A DNA stretch of 64,000 nucleotides from Bacteroidota bacterium (GTDB taxonomy: Bacteria > Bacteroidota > Bacteroidia > M30B66): positions 65,695 to 129,694 of the forward strand of contig JAIXYK010000061.1 in the NCBI GenBank assembly GCA_027490225.1, in the 5' to 3' direction. The notes below the pieces were generated by a model. It searched no databases, was not told the origin of the DNA, and was given only the letters and a program-made list of their open reading frames with translations. The position numbers and the translations under genes were made by a program. Below, piece after piece: positions 29,948-39,429 of this stretch; the stretch's first letter is position 1, and each line of letters begins with the position of its first letter.

Positions 29948-31233
29948 AGTTGAAAATTGTAATTAATCATTATTCCATTTCCTGACATTTTTTTGGAAAT
30001 AAAACCTTCGTTCGCAACAGTTCCAATTTTTAAAAAATGTCTTTGACTGTTTATCAAAACAAATTGAAGCCCTGTTTGAAAATTTCCAAAACCACCCTGA
30101 GCAATACTCAGTAGAATATACCTGTCTTTTGTAAAACGTTTTCCAATTTCAAATTTCTTTAAGATCGAATAACCTGTAAAATATCTATAATTTATAGATA
30201 AGGAAATATTCCAATTATTTGTGAAGTATTTTGAAATTCTTGTATGAAAAAAAGCAGGTAAGGCTATCATATTGCTTCCTTTTGTTACCGGGCCCCTTAA
30301 CTTGTCTAACAAAGAATCACCAATAAATGCAAGGTCTTTATCTGAATCAATTATGTCATTAAAATTTAATCCATTAAAAATAAATGAAGTATCTCTTCCA
30401 ATTAAATCTGTTTTTTCATTCAAATTAATAAAGCCAATATCTTCTGCTTTAAAATCTAAGTTAATACCTTTTGGAAGTTGGAGGTTGTATTCTAATCCAA
30501 ATGAAGCACCCATAGATGGTGTTGCTTTGAAAACATTTGAAAATCTTGAACTTTGTTCGAAACTTCCGTTAAAATCTACATTTAATTGGGTACCATTTAA
30601 AGCTGTAAAAATTCCACCATTTTTAATATTTAAATCTGTGTAAGCTCTGCCTCTAACTAATCCTACATTTACAGACAAACCGCTTAACTTAAATGTTTTA
30701 ATATAACCAATGTTGAAACTTTCGAAATTTAAACTCGAAAATCTTGAATTACTTAGATCTGCGGTTTGTCCGGCAAATTGAGCATTTCCATTAAAAATTA
30801 GTTTAAAGAAATCAGTGTGAAAATAGCTTCCAATTACATTCTGGTTTTTGTAATAAATCTCAATCCCTTGTTGCTGCGCTTTCCAGATTGAATCAGGATA
30901 AAATATTATACCTATTTTTGATTGGAATAAAGCACCAAATCTATTTTTAGAATTTAATCTGTTAATTGCATTATTTTTAAGTGTTTCATCAATAAATCGA
31001 GGAAACAAAAATGAATTGCTAAATGACGCTGGTATTGCCGTGCTATTAGAAAAAACCTCACTTTCTAAAATAAATTTTGCATTGAATTTAGGGATTTTCC
31101 ACAAATATCTAAGTTCTATATCTTTAGGAGTAATGATTGTTACTTCATTCGTTTTCTGTTTTGTAGTATCCTGAGCAAATGTGGAAATACAAATGAATAG
31201 TGCTATTAAAAAAAATGTAATCTGTTTTAGCAT
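29944..31233 (-). CDS. Putative outer-membrane beta-barrel protein, function unknown
   Basis: Signal peptide '...CISTFAQ'. The sequence has an alternating amphipathic beta pattern and ends '...GIMINYNFQL'. It overlaps the downstream gene by 4 nt. Confidence 0.5.
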   Translation of the reverse strand: MLKQITFFLIALFICISTFAQDTTKQKTNEVTIITPKDIELRYLWKIPKFNAKFILESEVFSNSTAIPASFSNSFLFPRFIDETLKNNAINRLNSKNRFGALFQSKIGIIFYPDSIWKAQQQGIEIYYKNQNVIGSYFHTDFFKLIFNGNAQFAGQTADLSNSRFSSLNFESFNIGYIKTFKLSGLSVNVGLVRGRAYTDLNIKNGGIFTALNGTQLNVDFNGSFEQSSRFSNVFKATPSMGASFGLEYNLQLPKGINLDFKAEDIGFINLNEKTDLIGRDTSFIFNGLNFNDIIDSDKDLAFIGDSLLDKLRGPVTKGSNMIALPAFFHTRISKYFTNNWNISLSINYRYFTGYSILKKFEIGKRFTKDRYILLSIAQGGFGNFQTGLQFVLINSQRHFLKIGTVANEGFISKKMSGNGIMINYNFQL

Positions 31234-31239
31234 ATCATT

Positions 31240-32853
31240 TTATTTAATTCCAATTCTATAAATACCATTTCCTATTAATTGTAATTTTAAATCATACTGT
31301 TTGTAAATAGGCAGCAATACATTTCCTGGTTGAGTATTCATTGTTGCCTTCACTACAATATATCTTGTGTTTTTTAATTTAGCATTTAATGCTTCATTAT
31401 AAAATATTTTAAGCATTGAGTTTGTAGGTTGCTCAACTATATCTGAATTATTTACAATCCCAGCATTAATTATGTCATTGGTTAGCAAGCTGTCTAAAAC
31501 AATTTTATCTTTATCAAGTAAGTATGTTTTTAGTTTTAAATCAAATGGAAATGTATTGCTAGCTAAAATTGAAAGTGTAGCCGACTTTAAATTATTTTCC
31601 TCATCAAATTCAAAACCTTCTGTTTCTATTGTATCCTTGTAAGTTAAAGCATTTGCTGAGAAACTTAATGGGAAATCAACTGTAAGTTTCACTTTTAAAT
31701 TACTGCTGCTATAATAAAAATCGTTGCCACTTGAAATATTCCCTAAAGGATTTATTCTTGCAGCTAATGAATAATTAATCTTATCGGGAATTAATTCGAA
31801 AATATCTTTAATATTGGAATTCGTCGTGTTGAATAAATAATTTCTATAGGTTGGTGAATAAGGATAAGTTCCATTATTTATATGTTGTGCTCTTGCAATA
31901 AGTTGTTCATTATTAATTATTGTACTATTCAAGGCAATTGTTTGATTGCTCTCACCTTTGGTAAAACTGAGATTATTGATTGTAAATCCAAAATCGGCGC
32001 CTAAGGAGTTTTCTAAATTTAAATTCATTACAATATCCTGAATCGAAAGTATTCCAGAAATCTTTTTTAAATCATTCAGATCGATGTTTTTATTTACATC
32101 TGAAAATGTGCTGGTACCTAAAAATCCTTTTACATAATATGGTTTTAGGCCAATAAAAGTAGAAGAGTAATTTAACAACTGTTGGCCAGCTATCACATTT
32201 GTGCCATTCCCTGAGGGATTTAATTTTGCATTTAAAGAAATAGAAAGACTATTAAATGAATTTCCGTCAACGCCAGTTAAGTCTAAATTGTATCCACTCA
32301 AATTTGTTTCTTGGTTGAATAATGATGGATTTATTCCATCAAAAGCAGCAATTTCCTGGTTAGTCAGAGAAAAAGGAAAGTTATTTGATGTTGCTTTTGG
32401 GATTGAATAGTCAAAATAAAGCTTGTCAGAAACCGTACTATTTATAGATAAAACAGATCGTCCTTGCTCAAGAATAGCCTGAGTAAGCTGCACATCTTTG
32501 TAAACAAACCTTAATTGCTGGTCTTCACTATATATATCTGTGCCTGCAGGAATCGTAAATGAAAAAGGCGTTGAATAATTCTCTTCAAATGCAGTATCAG
32601 GAAATTGTAAAACAGAATCTATTGGTATCAGATTAAATTCATCAATATATCTAATAAAAACAGGTTGAGCAGGATCACTTATTATCAGCGAATCCGCAAT
32701 TAAATCGGTTACTCCAATATTAAAAGTAGCTAATGGCCCCAGAATATTTGTATCCCATTCTGTTTTTTCATTCTTGTTACAATTACTTAGCATTAAAAAC
32801 AAACAAATGCAGCTAAAAAGCAATTTTGTGTGTTTAAATTTGAATGGTTTCAT
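31240..32853 (-). CDS. Lipoprotein, function unknown
   Basis: 537 aa with lipobox '...LMLSNC'. It is Asn/Ser-rich and predicted beta-rich. It lies 6 nt upstream of the next gene. Confidence 0.55.
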   Translation of the reverse strand: MKPFKFKHTKLLFSCICLFLMLSNCNKNEKTEWDTNILGPLATFNIGVTDLIADSLIISDPAQPVFIRYIDEFNLIPIDSVLQFPDTAFEENYSTPFSFTIPAGTDIYSEDQQLRFVYKDVQLTQAILEQGRSVLSINSTVSDKLYFDYSIPKATSNNFPFSLTNQEIAAFDGINPSLFNQETNLSGYNLDLTGVDGNSFNSLSISLNAKLNPSGNGTNVIAGQQLLNYSSTFIGLKPYYVKGFLGTSTFSDVNKNIDLNDLKKISGILSIQDIVMNLNLENSLGADFGFTINNLSFTKGESNQTIALNSTIINNEQLIARAQHINNGTYPYSPTYRNYLFNTTNSNIKDIFELIPDKINYSLAARINPLGNISSGNDFYYSSSNLKVKLTVDFPLSFSANALTYKDTIETEGFEFDEENNLKSATLSILASNTFPFDLKLKTYLLDKDKIVLDSLLTNDIINAGIVNNSDIVEQPTNSMLKIFYNEALNAKLKNTRYIVVKATMNTQPGNVLLPIYKQYDLKLQLIGNGIYRIGIK

Positions 32854-32933
32854 CGTTTGCTAAATTACAAGAATAAACAAAACAAAAAAGGTGACAAATG
32901 CCACCTTTTATTATTAAATTATGAATGATTTTG

Positions 32934-33788
32934 TTATTGAACTGCTATGGTGTAAGTATTACCATTAATTGTCACAGTAGCTTGGTTATCACAAGTTCCA
33001 TTTCCAAAGTCAATACTTCTAACTGGTTTATTAGATGGTGTAACTGTCATAGTTCCGCTAACAATTTGGTGGCAACTACGTTTGTGAACCAATGGTGTAT
33101 TGATAACGTTTGTCCAAGTATTACCGCTTGCTTTTGTTCCATTTGATCCACCAGATACACTAAACACATCATCATTAAAAATTAGTGGCGTGTTAAATCC
33201 TTCTAACCATGTTCTGGTTCTATTTGCTGTCCAAGTTATTGTTCCTCCTCCATCAGCTAAAACAATTGTACCATTTACTTCTATTTGAAAGGTTGGTTGA
33301 TTGCTTGCGTTAGGGCCTGTGTTAGTGACTCTTCTGTAACCACTAATTGCATTGGCATTAACAGTATAATTAACAGGTGTAATGGTTATGATAGTACCAA
33401 CATCTCTATATCTTCCCGTAGAACTAACGATAATTTTGCCAGCTCTGTTTTTACCATCATTTCCTAAGCATCCAGTTCCAAAATCAATAATTACCGTATC
33501 GGGATTTGTAGCTGAAACAGTTGAAGATGTGTCGATGGTAATTACTGCACAGTCTGAAGCTAAAATTCCATCGGAACCATCTACTTTAAAACCATTTAGA
33601 TTTCCGGTTTTTGCAGCTTGGTCAGCAATGTCGTTAACTTCGTTGAAAGTTTTTTCTGCTGTACTTTCATTTTTTGCAGCTGCAGTATCATTGTCTACAT
33701 CATCTTTTTTATTACAAGAATTTAAAACTAATGAAAATGCGGCGGCTAACAGCAAAGTGTGATTTAAATTGATTTTTAAGATTTTCAT
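32934..33788 (-). CDS. Lipoprotein, function unknown
   Basis: 284 aa with lipobox '...LVLNSC'. It is Thr/Asn/Gly-rich and is the first gene of the minus-strand operon. Confidence 0.55.
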   Translation of the reverse strand: MKILKINLNHTLLLAAAFSLVLNSCNKKDDVDNDTAAAKNESTAEKTFNEVNDIADQAAKTGNLNGFKVDGSDGILASDCAVITIDTSSTVSATNPDTVIIDFGTGCLGNDGKNRAGKIIVSSTGRYRDVGTIITITPVNYTVNANAISGYRRVTNTGPNASNQPTFQIEVNGTIVLADGGGTITWTANRTRTWLEGFNTPLIFNDDVFSVSGGSNGTKASGNTWTNVINTPLVHKRSCHQIVSGTMTVTPSNKPVRSIDFGNGTCDNQATVTINGNTYTIAVQ

Positions 33789-33852
33789 AATTTTTTATTT
33801 TGTTTAGCCCATTGACCGAGCAAAATATTTAAGGTTTAACAAATAGAAGAAA

Positions 33853-34569
33853 TTAATCTTTCAATAATGCAAAAATCGCAGGAATCTTATGAATATCAGG
33901 GGTTTCCTTTTTCCAATTTGCAATAGATTTTGTTTTAACCCATCCTTTTTCAACAGTAATATTGGCTCCAATTGCTAAAGAAGTCTGAGGGTTGCAATGC
34001 AACAGTATATCTTCTAACAGCGATTTATTGCGGTAAGGTGTTTCAATGAATATTTGCGTAGCTCCAGATTTGTGGGAAAGACTTTCTAGTTCTTTAATTG
34101 CCTTAATTCTCAGAGGTTTTTCAACAGGTAAGTACCCATTAAAAGTAAAGTTTTGGCCATTCAAACCAGAAGCCATCAATAACAATAGAATAGAGGAGGG
34201 GCCAGGAACGGGAATTACTGGAATATTAAAGTCGTGTGCTAAACGAATTAATGATGAACCAGGATCTGCAATTGCAGGACAACCTGCTTCAGATAATATT
34301 CCAACATCGTTCCCTTTTTTTAGCAGTTGCAGCAACTCTATTTGCTCTTCTAACTTCGTGTCTTTGTCTACACGGTGCAATTGTATGCCATTTAAATCTC
34401 CTGTAAATCCCGCTTTACGCAGAAATCTTCGGGCTGATTTTTCATTTTCGGTGAAGTAAATAGTAAGCTGCTGAACCAGTTCTAATTCCCAATTAGAAAG
34501 TGTGTTTGGGCTAGCGTTATCGCCAAGTAAAGTTGGTAATAAGAAAATAGAACCTGAATGAGGTTTCAT
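33853..34569 (-). CDS. SAM-dependent methyltransferase, tetrapyrrole-methylase fold (RsmI-like)
   Basis: 'VGILSEAGCPAIADPGSSLIRLA' and 'IPGPSS' match the RsmI/TP-methylase family. Confidence 0.75.
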   Translation of the reverse strand: MKPHSGSIFLLPTLLGDNASPNTLSNWELELVQQLTIYFTENEKSARRFLRKAGFTGDLNGIQLHRVDKDTKLEEQIELLQLLKKGNDVGILSEAGCPAIADPGSSLIRLAHDFNIPVIPVPGPSSILLLLMASGLNGQNFTFNGYLPVEKPLRIKAIKELESLSHKSGATQIFIETPYRNKSLLEDILLHCNPQTSLAIGANITVEKGWVKTKSIANWKKETPDIHKIPAIFALLKD

Positions 34570-35027
34570 AGTTTCTCAGCAATTTTTTTTGCAGCTTCGT
34601 CAAGCATTTCATATACTTCTTCAAATCCTTCTATGCCACCATAAAAAGGGTCTGGAACTGAACGGTTGTTTCCAGGAGAAACCACGTCCATAATCATCGC
34701 AACTTTAGATTTATCTTCTTCATTTCTAGCTTTTGAAATAATATTCATGTAGTTAGAAAAGTCCATGGCATAGATAAAATCAAAATCATCAAAATCACGT
34801 ACAGTAAAATTTCTAGCGGCTAGGCCAGAAATATCGATTCCTTTTTGACTAAGCGTTTTTATAGCTCTTAAATCAGGTTTATCGCCATTATGATAATCTG
34901 AAGTACCTGCAGAATCTACTATTGCTTTTTTGCCTGCCAAAAAAATTCTATTTCTTAGAATTCCTTCAGCCATAGGAGAACGACAAATATTCCCCAAACA
35001 CACGACTAGAATTTTTTTTAAGGACAA
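34566..35027 (-). CDS. Low-molecular-weight protein-tyrosine phosphatase
   Basis: P-loop 'VCLGNICRSPMAEG' (CX5R-S) and the general-acid 'VPDPFYG'. Confidence 0.9.
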   Translation of the reverse strand: MSLKKILVVCLGNICRSPMAEGILRNRIFLAGKKAIVDSAGTSDYHNGDKPDLRAIKTLSQKGIDISGLAARNFTVRDFDDFDFIYAMDFSNYMNIISKARNEEDKSKVAMIMDVVSPGNNRSVPDPFYGGIEGFEEVYEMLDEAAKKIAEKL

Positions 35028-35049
35028 TTTAAAGTTTTAGAAATTAAGA

Positions 35050-36480
35050 TTATTGATTTCCAATTTTTTTCTCAATTTCATCGATATATACTCTGAATTT
35101 TTTATCGGTTTCCATTAAGTTATTTACAGTACGACAAGCGTGTAAAACGGTTGCATGGTCTTTTCCTCCGCATTGAAGTCCAATGCTGGCAAGTGAAGAC
35201 TTTGTCATGCTTTTAGCAAAAAACATTGCTATTTGACGTGCTTGAACGACTTCTCTTTTTCTTGTTTTTGATTTTAACAATTCAAGTGGAAGGCTGAAGT
35301 AATCAGAGACAACTTTTTGAATAAAATCAATTGAAATTTCACGTGTTGTATTTTTAACAAACTTGTCGATCATTTGACGGGCAAGTTCCATAGTAATAGC
35401 CTTGCGGTTTAATGTTGATTGAGCAACAAGTGAAATTAGAGCACCTTCTAATTCTCTTACGTTTGAAGTGATGTTGTAAGCTAAATATTCAATTACATCT
35501 TTCGGCATTTCTATGCCATCAGCATAAATTTTCTTTTCTAAAATGGCAATTCTTGTTTCCAGATTAGGAATTTGTAAATCTGCAGAAAGTCCCCACTTGA
35601 ATCTTGATAATAATCTTTGCTCCAATCCAATCAATTCTATTGGAGATTTATCTGAAGTTAAAACCAATTGTTTACCAGTTTGGTGCAAGTGATTGAAAAT
35701 CTGGAAAAATACATCTTGGGTTTTTTCTTTGCCTGCGAAGAATTGAACATCATCAATAATCAAAACATCTATCATTTGATAAAAATGTATAAAATCATTG
35801 TGTGAATTGCTTTTTACTGCATCAACAAATTGGTGGCAAAATTTCTCTGACTGCACATATAGTACAGTTTTATTTGGGAAGTTCTTTTTGATTTCGATTC
35901 CAATTGCATTAGCAAGGTGTGTTTTACCCAATCCTACACCTCCATATATAAGTAATGGATTAAATGCGGTACCACCTGGTTTATTTGCAACTGCAAATCC
36001 TGCGGAGCGAGCAAGTCTGTTGCAATCTCCTTCAACCAAATTATCAAAACAATAATTTGGGTTTAGTTGAGACTCAACATTCATCTTTTTTAGTCCCGGT
36101 AAAATGAATGGGTTTTTAATACTATTTCCATTCAAATCAATTGGCATTGAAACAGGAGGGTTTTTCAATGAGCGCGAATTAACGGCAGGAATATTTATCG
36201 TATAAGGATTTGCATTTCTATAGTTGTTTTCCATAATGATAGAATATTCTAATCTACCATCAGGCCCTAATTCTTTATTGATTGTTTTTTTTAACAAATC
36301 AATATAATGTTCTTCTAACCATTCATAAAAAAATTGACTTGGCACTTGAATAGTTAATACGCTCCCAACAAGTTTAACAGGCTTAATTGGGTCGAACCAA
36401 GTTTTGAAGCTTTGTTGATTTACATTATCCTTGATGATGTCAAGACATTTTTCCCAAACTTTTTCAAAAGTTTTCTCCAT
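35050..36480 (-). CDS. dnaA: Chromosomal replication initiator protein DnaA
   Basis: Walker A 'GGVGLGKTHL', Walker B 'LIIDDVQF', and the domain IV signature 'GGKDHATVLHACRTV'. Confidence 0.95.
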   Translation of the reverse strand: MEKTFEKVWEKCLDIIKDNVNQQSFKTWFDPIKPVKLVGSVLTIQVPSQFFYEWLEEHYIDLLKKTINKELGPDGRLEYSIIMENNYRNANPYTINIPAVNSRSLKNPPVSMPIDLNGNSIKNPFILPGLKKMNVESQLNPNYCFDNLVEGDCNRLARSAGFAVANKPGGTAFNPLLIYGGVGLGKTHLANAIGIEIKKNFPNKTVLYVQSEKFCHQFVDAVKSNSHNDFIHFYQMIDVLIIDDVQFFAGKEKTQDVFFQIFNHLHQTGKQLVLTSDKSPIELIGLEQRLLSRFKWGLSADLQIPNLETRIAILEKKIYADGIEMPKDVIEYLAYNITSNVRELEGALISLVAQSTLNRKAITMELARQMIDKFVKNTTREISIDFIQKVVSDYFSLPLELLKSKTRKREVVQARQIAMFFAKSMTKSSLASIGLQCGGKDHATVLHACRTVNNLMETDKKFRVYIDEIEKKIGNQ

Positions 36481-36599
36481 ACCGTATCTAAAATATTAGT
36501 GTTGTGTTGTTTAACGATTTTGCTGTCTGTTTTCTCGATTTCCTAGGGGCTCCTCGTTTGAACAGGGCAAATATTTACTTTATTTTCCTTAAAAAAAAA

Positions 36600-37547
36600 T
36601 CAAATTGCTATTGACTTTTTAAAAACTTTAATTTTAGAAAACCCCTTATTGTTGTTGTTGTTTTGGCTACTAAAAACGTAATCGATCTTACCAAGTCTTA
36701 GGCCCGCCCAACCTACTTGATGAATCATAACTTCTTTTCCAATTTTATTTTCTAAAATTCTAGGTGTATCTAGAAACGTATGGGTATGACCACCTATGAT
36801 TAAATCGATGTTCATACTTTCTTTTGCTAAAATCATATCTGATACTTTTGGGGTATTGTATTCAAGTCCAAGATGAGATAAACAAATCACCAAATCGCAC
36901 TTTAATTCGTCCTTCAATATACGCGCATTTTCGTTAGCTTTTTCAATTGGATTCAAATAAACCAAACCTTTAAAATTCTTTTGAGGAACAAGTCCATTCA
37001 AATCTATCCCAACACCAGTAACACCAATTTTTAACCCCGCTTTTTTAAACACTTTATACGGTTCTAATTTGCCATTTAACGCGGTATTAGAAACATCATA
37101 GTTACAATTAATGAAAGGGAAATTAGCAAAAGGTTTCATTTTTAAGAATCCATCAATGCCATTGTCAAAATCATGGTTTCCTAAAGTGCCTGCATCATAG
37201 CCCATTTGTGACATTAACTTAAATTCTATTTCACCTCCATAATAATTGAAATAAGGTGTTCCTTGAAAAACATCGCCGGCGTCTAACAACAAAATGTTTT
37301 CATTTTCTTGTCTTATCTTCTCAATCAAAGCGGCTCTTCTTGCTGCTCCACCTTTTCCTGGATATTTAGGGTCATTTATGGGAAATGGATCAATTCTGCT
37401 GTGCCAGTCGTTGGTATGCAGTATCGTTAAGGTTTTGAATTGTTCCTTTTGTTCAATTTCTTGCGCCCAACTTGGCACACTCATCAATGCAGCAAGCGAC
37501 AAACTTCCTTTTAAAAAACCGCGGCGAGAGTTAGTAAATTCTTCCAT
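36600..37547 (-). CDS. Tat-exported metallophosphoesterase (5'-nucleotidase N-terminal domain type)
   Basis: Twin-arginine signal 'SRRGFLKGSLSLAAL'. Metallophosphatase motifs 'ILHTNDWHS', 'DAGD' and 'GNHDFD'. Confidence 0.85.
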   Translation of the reverse strand: MEEFTNSRRGFLKGSLSLAALMSVPSWAQEIEQKEQFKTLTILHTNDWHSRIDPFPINDPKYPGKGGAARRAALIEKIRQENENILLLDAGDVFQGTPYFNYYGGEIEFKLMSQMGYDAGTLGNHDFDNGIDGFLKMKPFANFPFINCNYDVSNTALNGKLEPYKVFKKAGLKIGVTGVGIDLNGLVPQKNFKGLVYLNPIEKANENARILKDELKCDLVICLSHLGLEYNTPKVSDMILAKESMNIDLIIGGHTHTFLDTPRILENKIGKEVMIHQVGWAGLRLGKIDYVFSSQNNNNNKGFSKIKVFKKSIAI

Positions 37548-38292
37548 CTAGTTTAGGACTTAATATTATTTGTTTCTTTTTCAATTCTATAAAATAGTTG
37601 AATACAGCATCTCTTAGCTTTATATTCAAATCAATCCTTTCTAATGGAGTAGGTATCTGAAAATTATCGCCATTATTCAGTAAATAATCAGAACTCACAA
37701 CATAATATGTACTGTCATTTTGAATGGCTTTGCCGTTAATAGTAATTTCCTCAGCTATTTCTTGGTTTATTTTCATTCTGATACCTGAAACGGGCTCACC
37801 TTTCTTTTGAGCGATTTGGTTTAAAATCTCCCTTAATTGGTTTCCTCTGAATTTTACAACTACTAAGTCATTATCAAACGGCAACAATTCAAAAACCATT
37901 GACCTTGTTATTGTTCCTTTAGGCAATTCAATTCTTAATCCTCCATTATTTAAAAAACAAGCATCAATGTTTTTCTTTGACATATTAGCAGCGATTTCTC
38001 TGGTAATATCAGCAATCAAATTTCCTAATGTTCCTTCAGGTCTAGATTTAGTAGCTTCATTGTCAGTAAAAGCAACGGCCTCTTTCATCAAACTATCAAT
38101 AGGAGTTCGATATGGTTCTATTAACTTTTCAGCCTTTTGATAACTCTTGTTTTCATCTTCCTTTTTTATTTCCTGAAAAGTGATGGCAGGTTTTTGGGCG
38201 GTATATTTTACTTGACATGCAGTTAAGCTGATACCTATAATAAAGAGGTGGATAACTCTATGAATAACTTTAGTTGGGACCATTGAATACAT
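37531..38292 (-). CDS. 5'-nucleotidase C-terminal (substrate-binding) domain lipoprotein
   Basis: Lipobox 'SLTAC'. 'GTLGNLIADI...FLNNGGLR...' is typical of the 5_nucleotid_C domain. It overlaps the downstream metallophosphatase gene by 17 nt. Confidence 0.8.
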   Translation of the reverse strand: MYSMVPTKVIHRVIHLFIIGISLTACQVKYTAQKPAITFQEIKKEDENKSYQKAEKLIEPYRTPIDSLMKEAVAFTDNEATKSRPEGTLGNLIADITREIAANMSKKNIDACFLNNGGLRIELPKGTITRSMVFELLPFDNDLVVVKFRGNQLREILNQIAQKKGEPVSGIRMKINQEIAEEITINGKAIQNDSTYYVVSSDYLLNNGDNFQIPTPLERIDLNIKLRDAVFNYFIELKKKQIILSPKLDGRIY

Positions 38293-38351
38293 TCAACAAG
38301 AATCAGCAAAATTTGTCGTTCTATCAAGTACTAAATTGCAATTTTTTAATT

Positions 38352-38774
38352 TTGATTTTACAGCACCATACATTCATTAGAGTTCGATATTCAGAAACTG
38401 ATCAAATGGGCTTTGTTTATTATGGTAACTACGCAGCTTATTTTGAAGTTGCAAGGGTAGAAGCACTCAGAAGTCTTGGTATTTCTTATAAGTCATTAGA
38501 AGAGGGAGGAGTATTGATGCCAGTTAAAAATTTTGAAATCGACTATTTGAAGCCTGCTAAGTATGATGAAATGATTGAAATTGTGACAACAATCAAAGAA
38601 ACACCCAAATCAGGAATCTTATTTGAATATGAATCGTTGAATGAAAAAAAGGAAGTAATTAATAGAGCAAAGACTACTTTGGTTTTTTTAGATGCTGCCA
38701 GAATGCGTCCTATTAGAGTTCCTCAGCTTATTATTGAAGCTTTACAATTACATACAGATAAAAATGGCCAGTAA
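38352..38774 (+). CDS. Acyl-CoA thioesterase, 4HBT/YbgC-like
   Basis: 'HTFIRVRYSETDQMGFVYYGNYAAYFEVARVEALR'. The track start at 38274 overlaps the divergent gene. The TTG at 38352 gives the usual short N-terminus, but the start is uncertain. Confidence 0.8.
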   Translation: MILQHHTFIRVRYSETDQMGFVYYGNYAAYFEVARVEALRSLGISYKSLEEGGVLMPVKNFEIDYLKPAKYDEMIEIVTTIKETPKSGILFEYESLNEKKEVINRAKTTLVFLDAARMRPIRVPQLIIEALQLHTDKNGQ

Positions 38775-39429
38775 ATTGTTTAGGATTAAAAAACGATATA
38801 TGCGTTCTTATTTTTCGATTGCTTTTTGCTTGGCTCAATTGCCAATTATTTCTCAAATCAGCGTTAAAACTCCAGAAAAGCTTTCTGAACAACCAAAAAC
38901 CATAGGATTTAAGTTATCCTATTTTGTTACCGATGAAGGTGATACAGTTCCTGTTGTAAACTTACAGGCAGTGAGTGTCATTGAAAATAGAATTTTTGCT
39001 TCTAAAAGGGAAGAAAGAAAGTGGAGCAGATTAAAACGCGATGTAGCCAAGGTTTATCCTTATTCAAAAATTGCGGGAAAGAAACTCAAAGAATACAACG
39101 ACATGATGGTTGGTAAGTCAGATAAAGAGCAGAAACGAATCTTACGTCAAGCTGAAGCTGATATTAAAAAACAGTTTGAAGGTGATATTCGAAACATGAC
39201 TATCAATCAAGGTAGAATTCTAATAAAACTAATTGACAGAGAAACAGGAAATACTTCATTTGCCCTAGTAAAAGACCTCAGAGGAAGTTTTCAAGCAATT
39301 TTTTGGCAATCTATTGCGCGGATTTTTGGTTCAAATTTAAAATCAGGGTACGATCCTAAAAAAGACCCTGAAGACAAAATGATTGAAGAAATTATTCACA
39401 CCATCGAAGACGGTACTTTTGTGAATTAA
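38764..39429 (+). CDS. Conserved Bacteroidota hypothetical protein (DUF4294-like), signal peptide
   Basis: The ATG at 38764 gives 'MASKLFRIKKRYMRSYFSIAFCLAQLPIISQ'. The upstream part of the track ORF overlaps the thioesterase. The family assignment is from memory only. Confidence 0.5.
   Translation: MASKLFRIKKRYMRSYFSIAFCLAQLPIISQISVKTPEKLSEQPKTIGFKLSYFVTDEGDTVPVVNLQAVSVIENRIFASKREERKWSRLKRDVAKVYPYSKIAGKKLKEYNDMMVGKSDKEQKRILRQAEADIKKQFEGDIRNMTINQGRILIKLIDRETGNTSFALVKDLRGSFQAIFWQSIARIFGSNLKSGYDPKKDPEDKMIEEIIHTIEDGTFVN

Noticed and set aside
30272-34459. Plus-strand ORFs (30272-30643, 32201-32410, 32925-33762 group, 34046-34459) opposite the minus-strand operon and the RsmI-like gene
   Set aside because: All are antisense to longer ORFs that have signal peptides, lipoboxes or catalytic motifs. 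Their composition is typical of shadow frames.
36481-36599. oriC expected next to dnaA
   Set aside because: The spacer is only 119 bp, and I found no TTATCCACA/TGTGGATAA-like boxes or AT-rich 13-mer-type repeats. The single near-box at 38247-38255 is isolated and intragenic.
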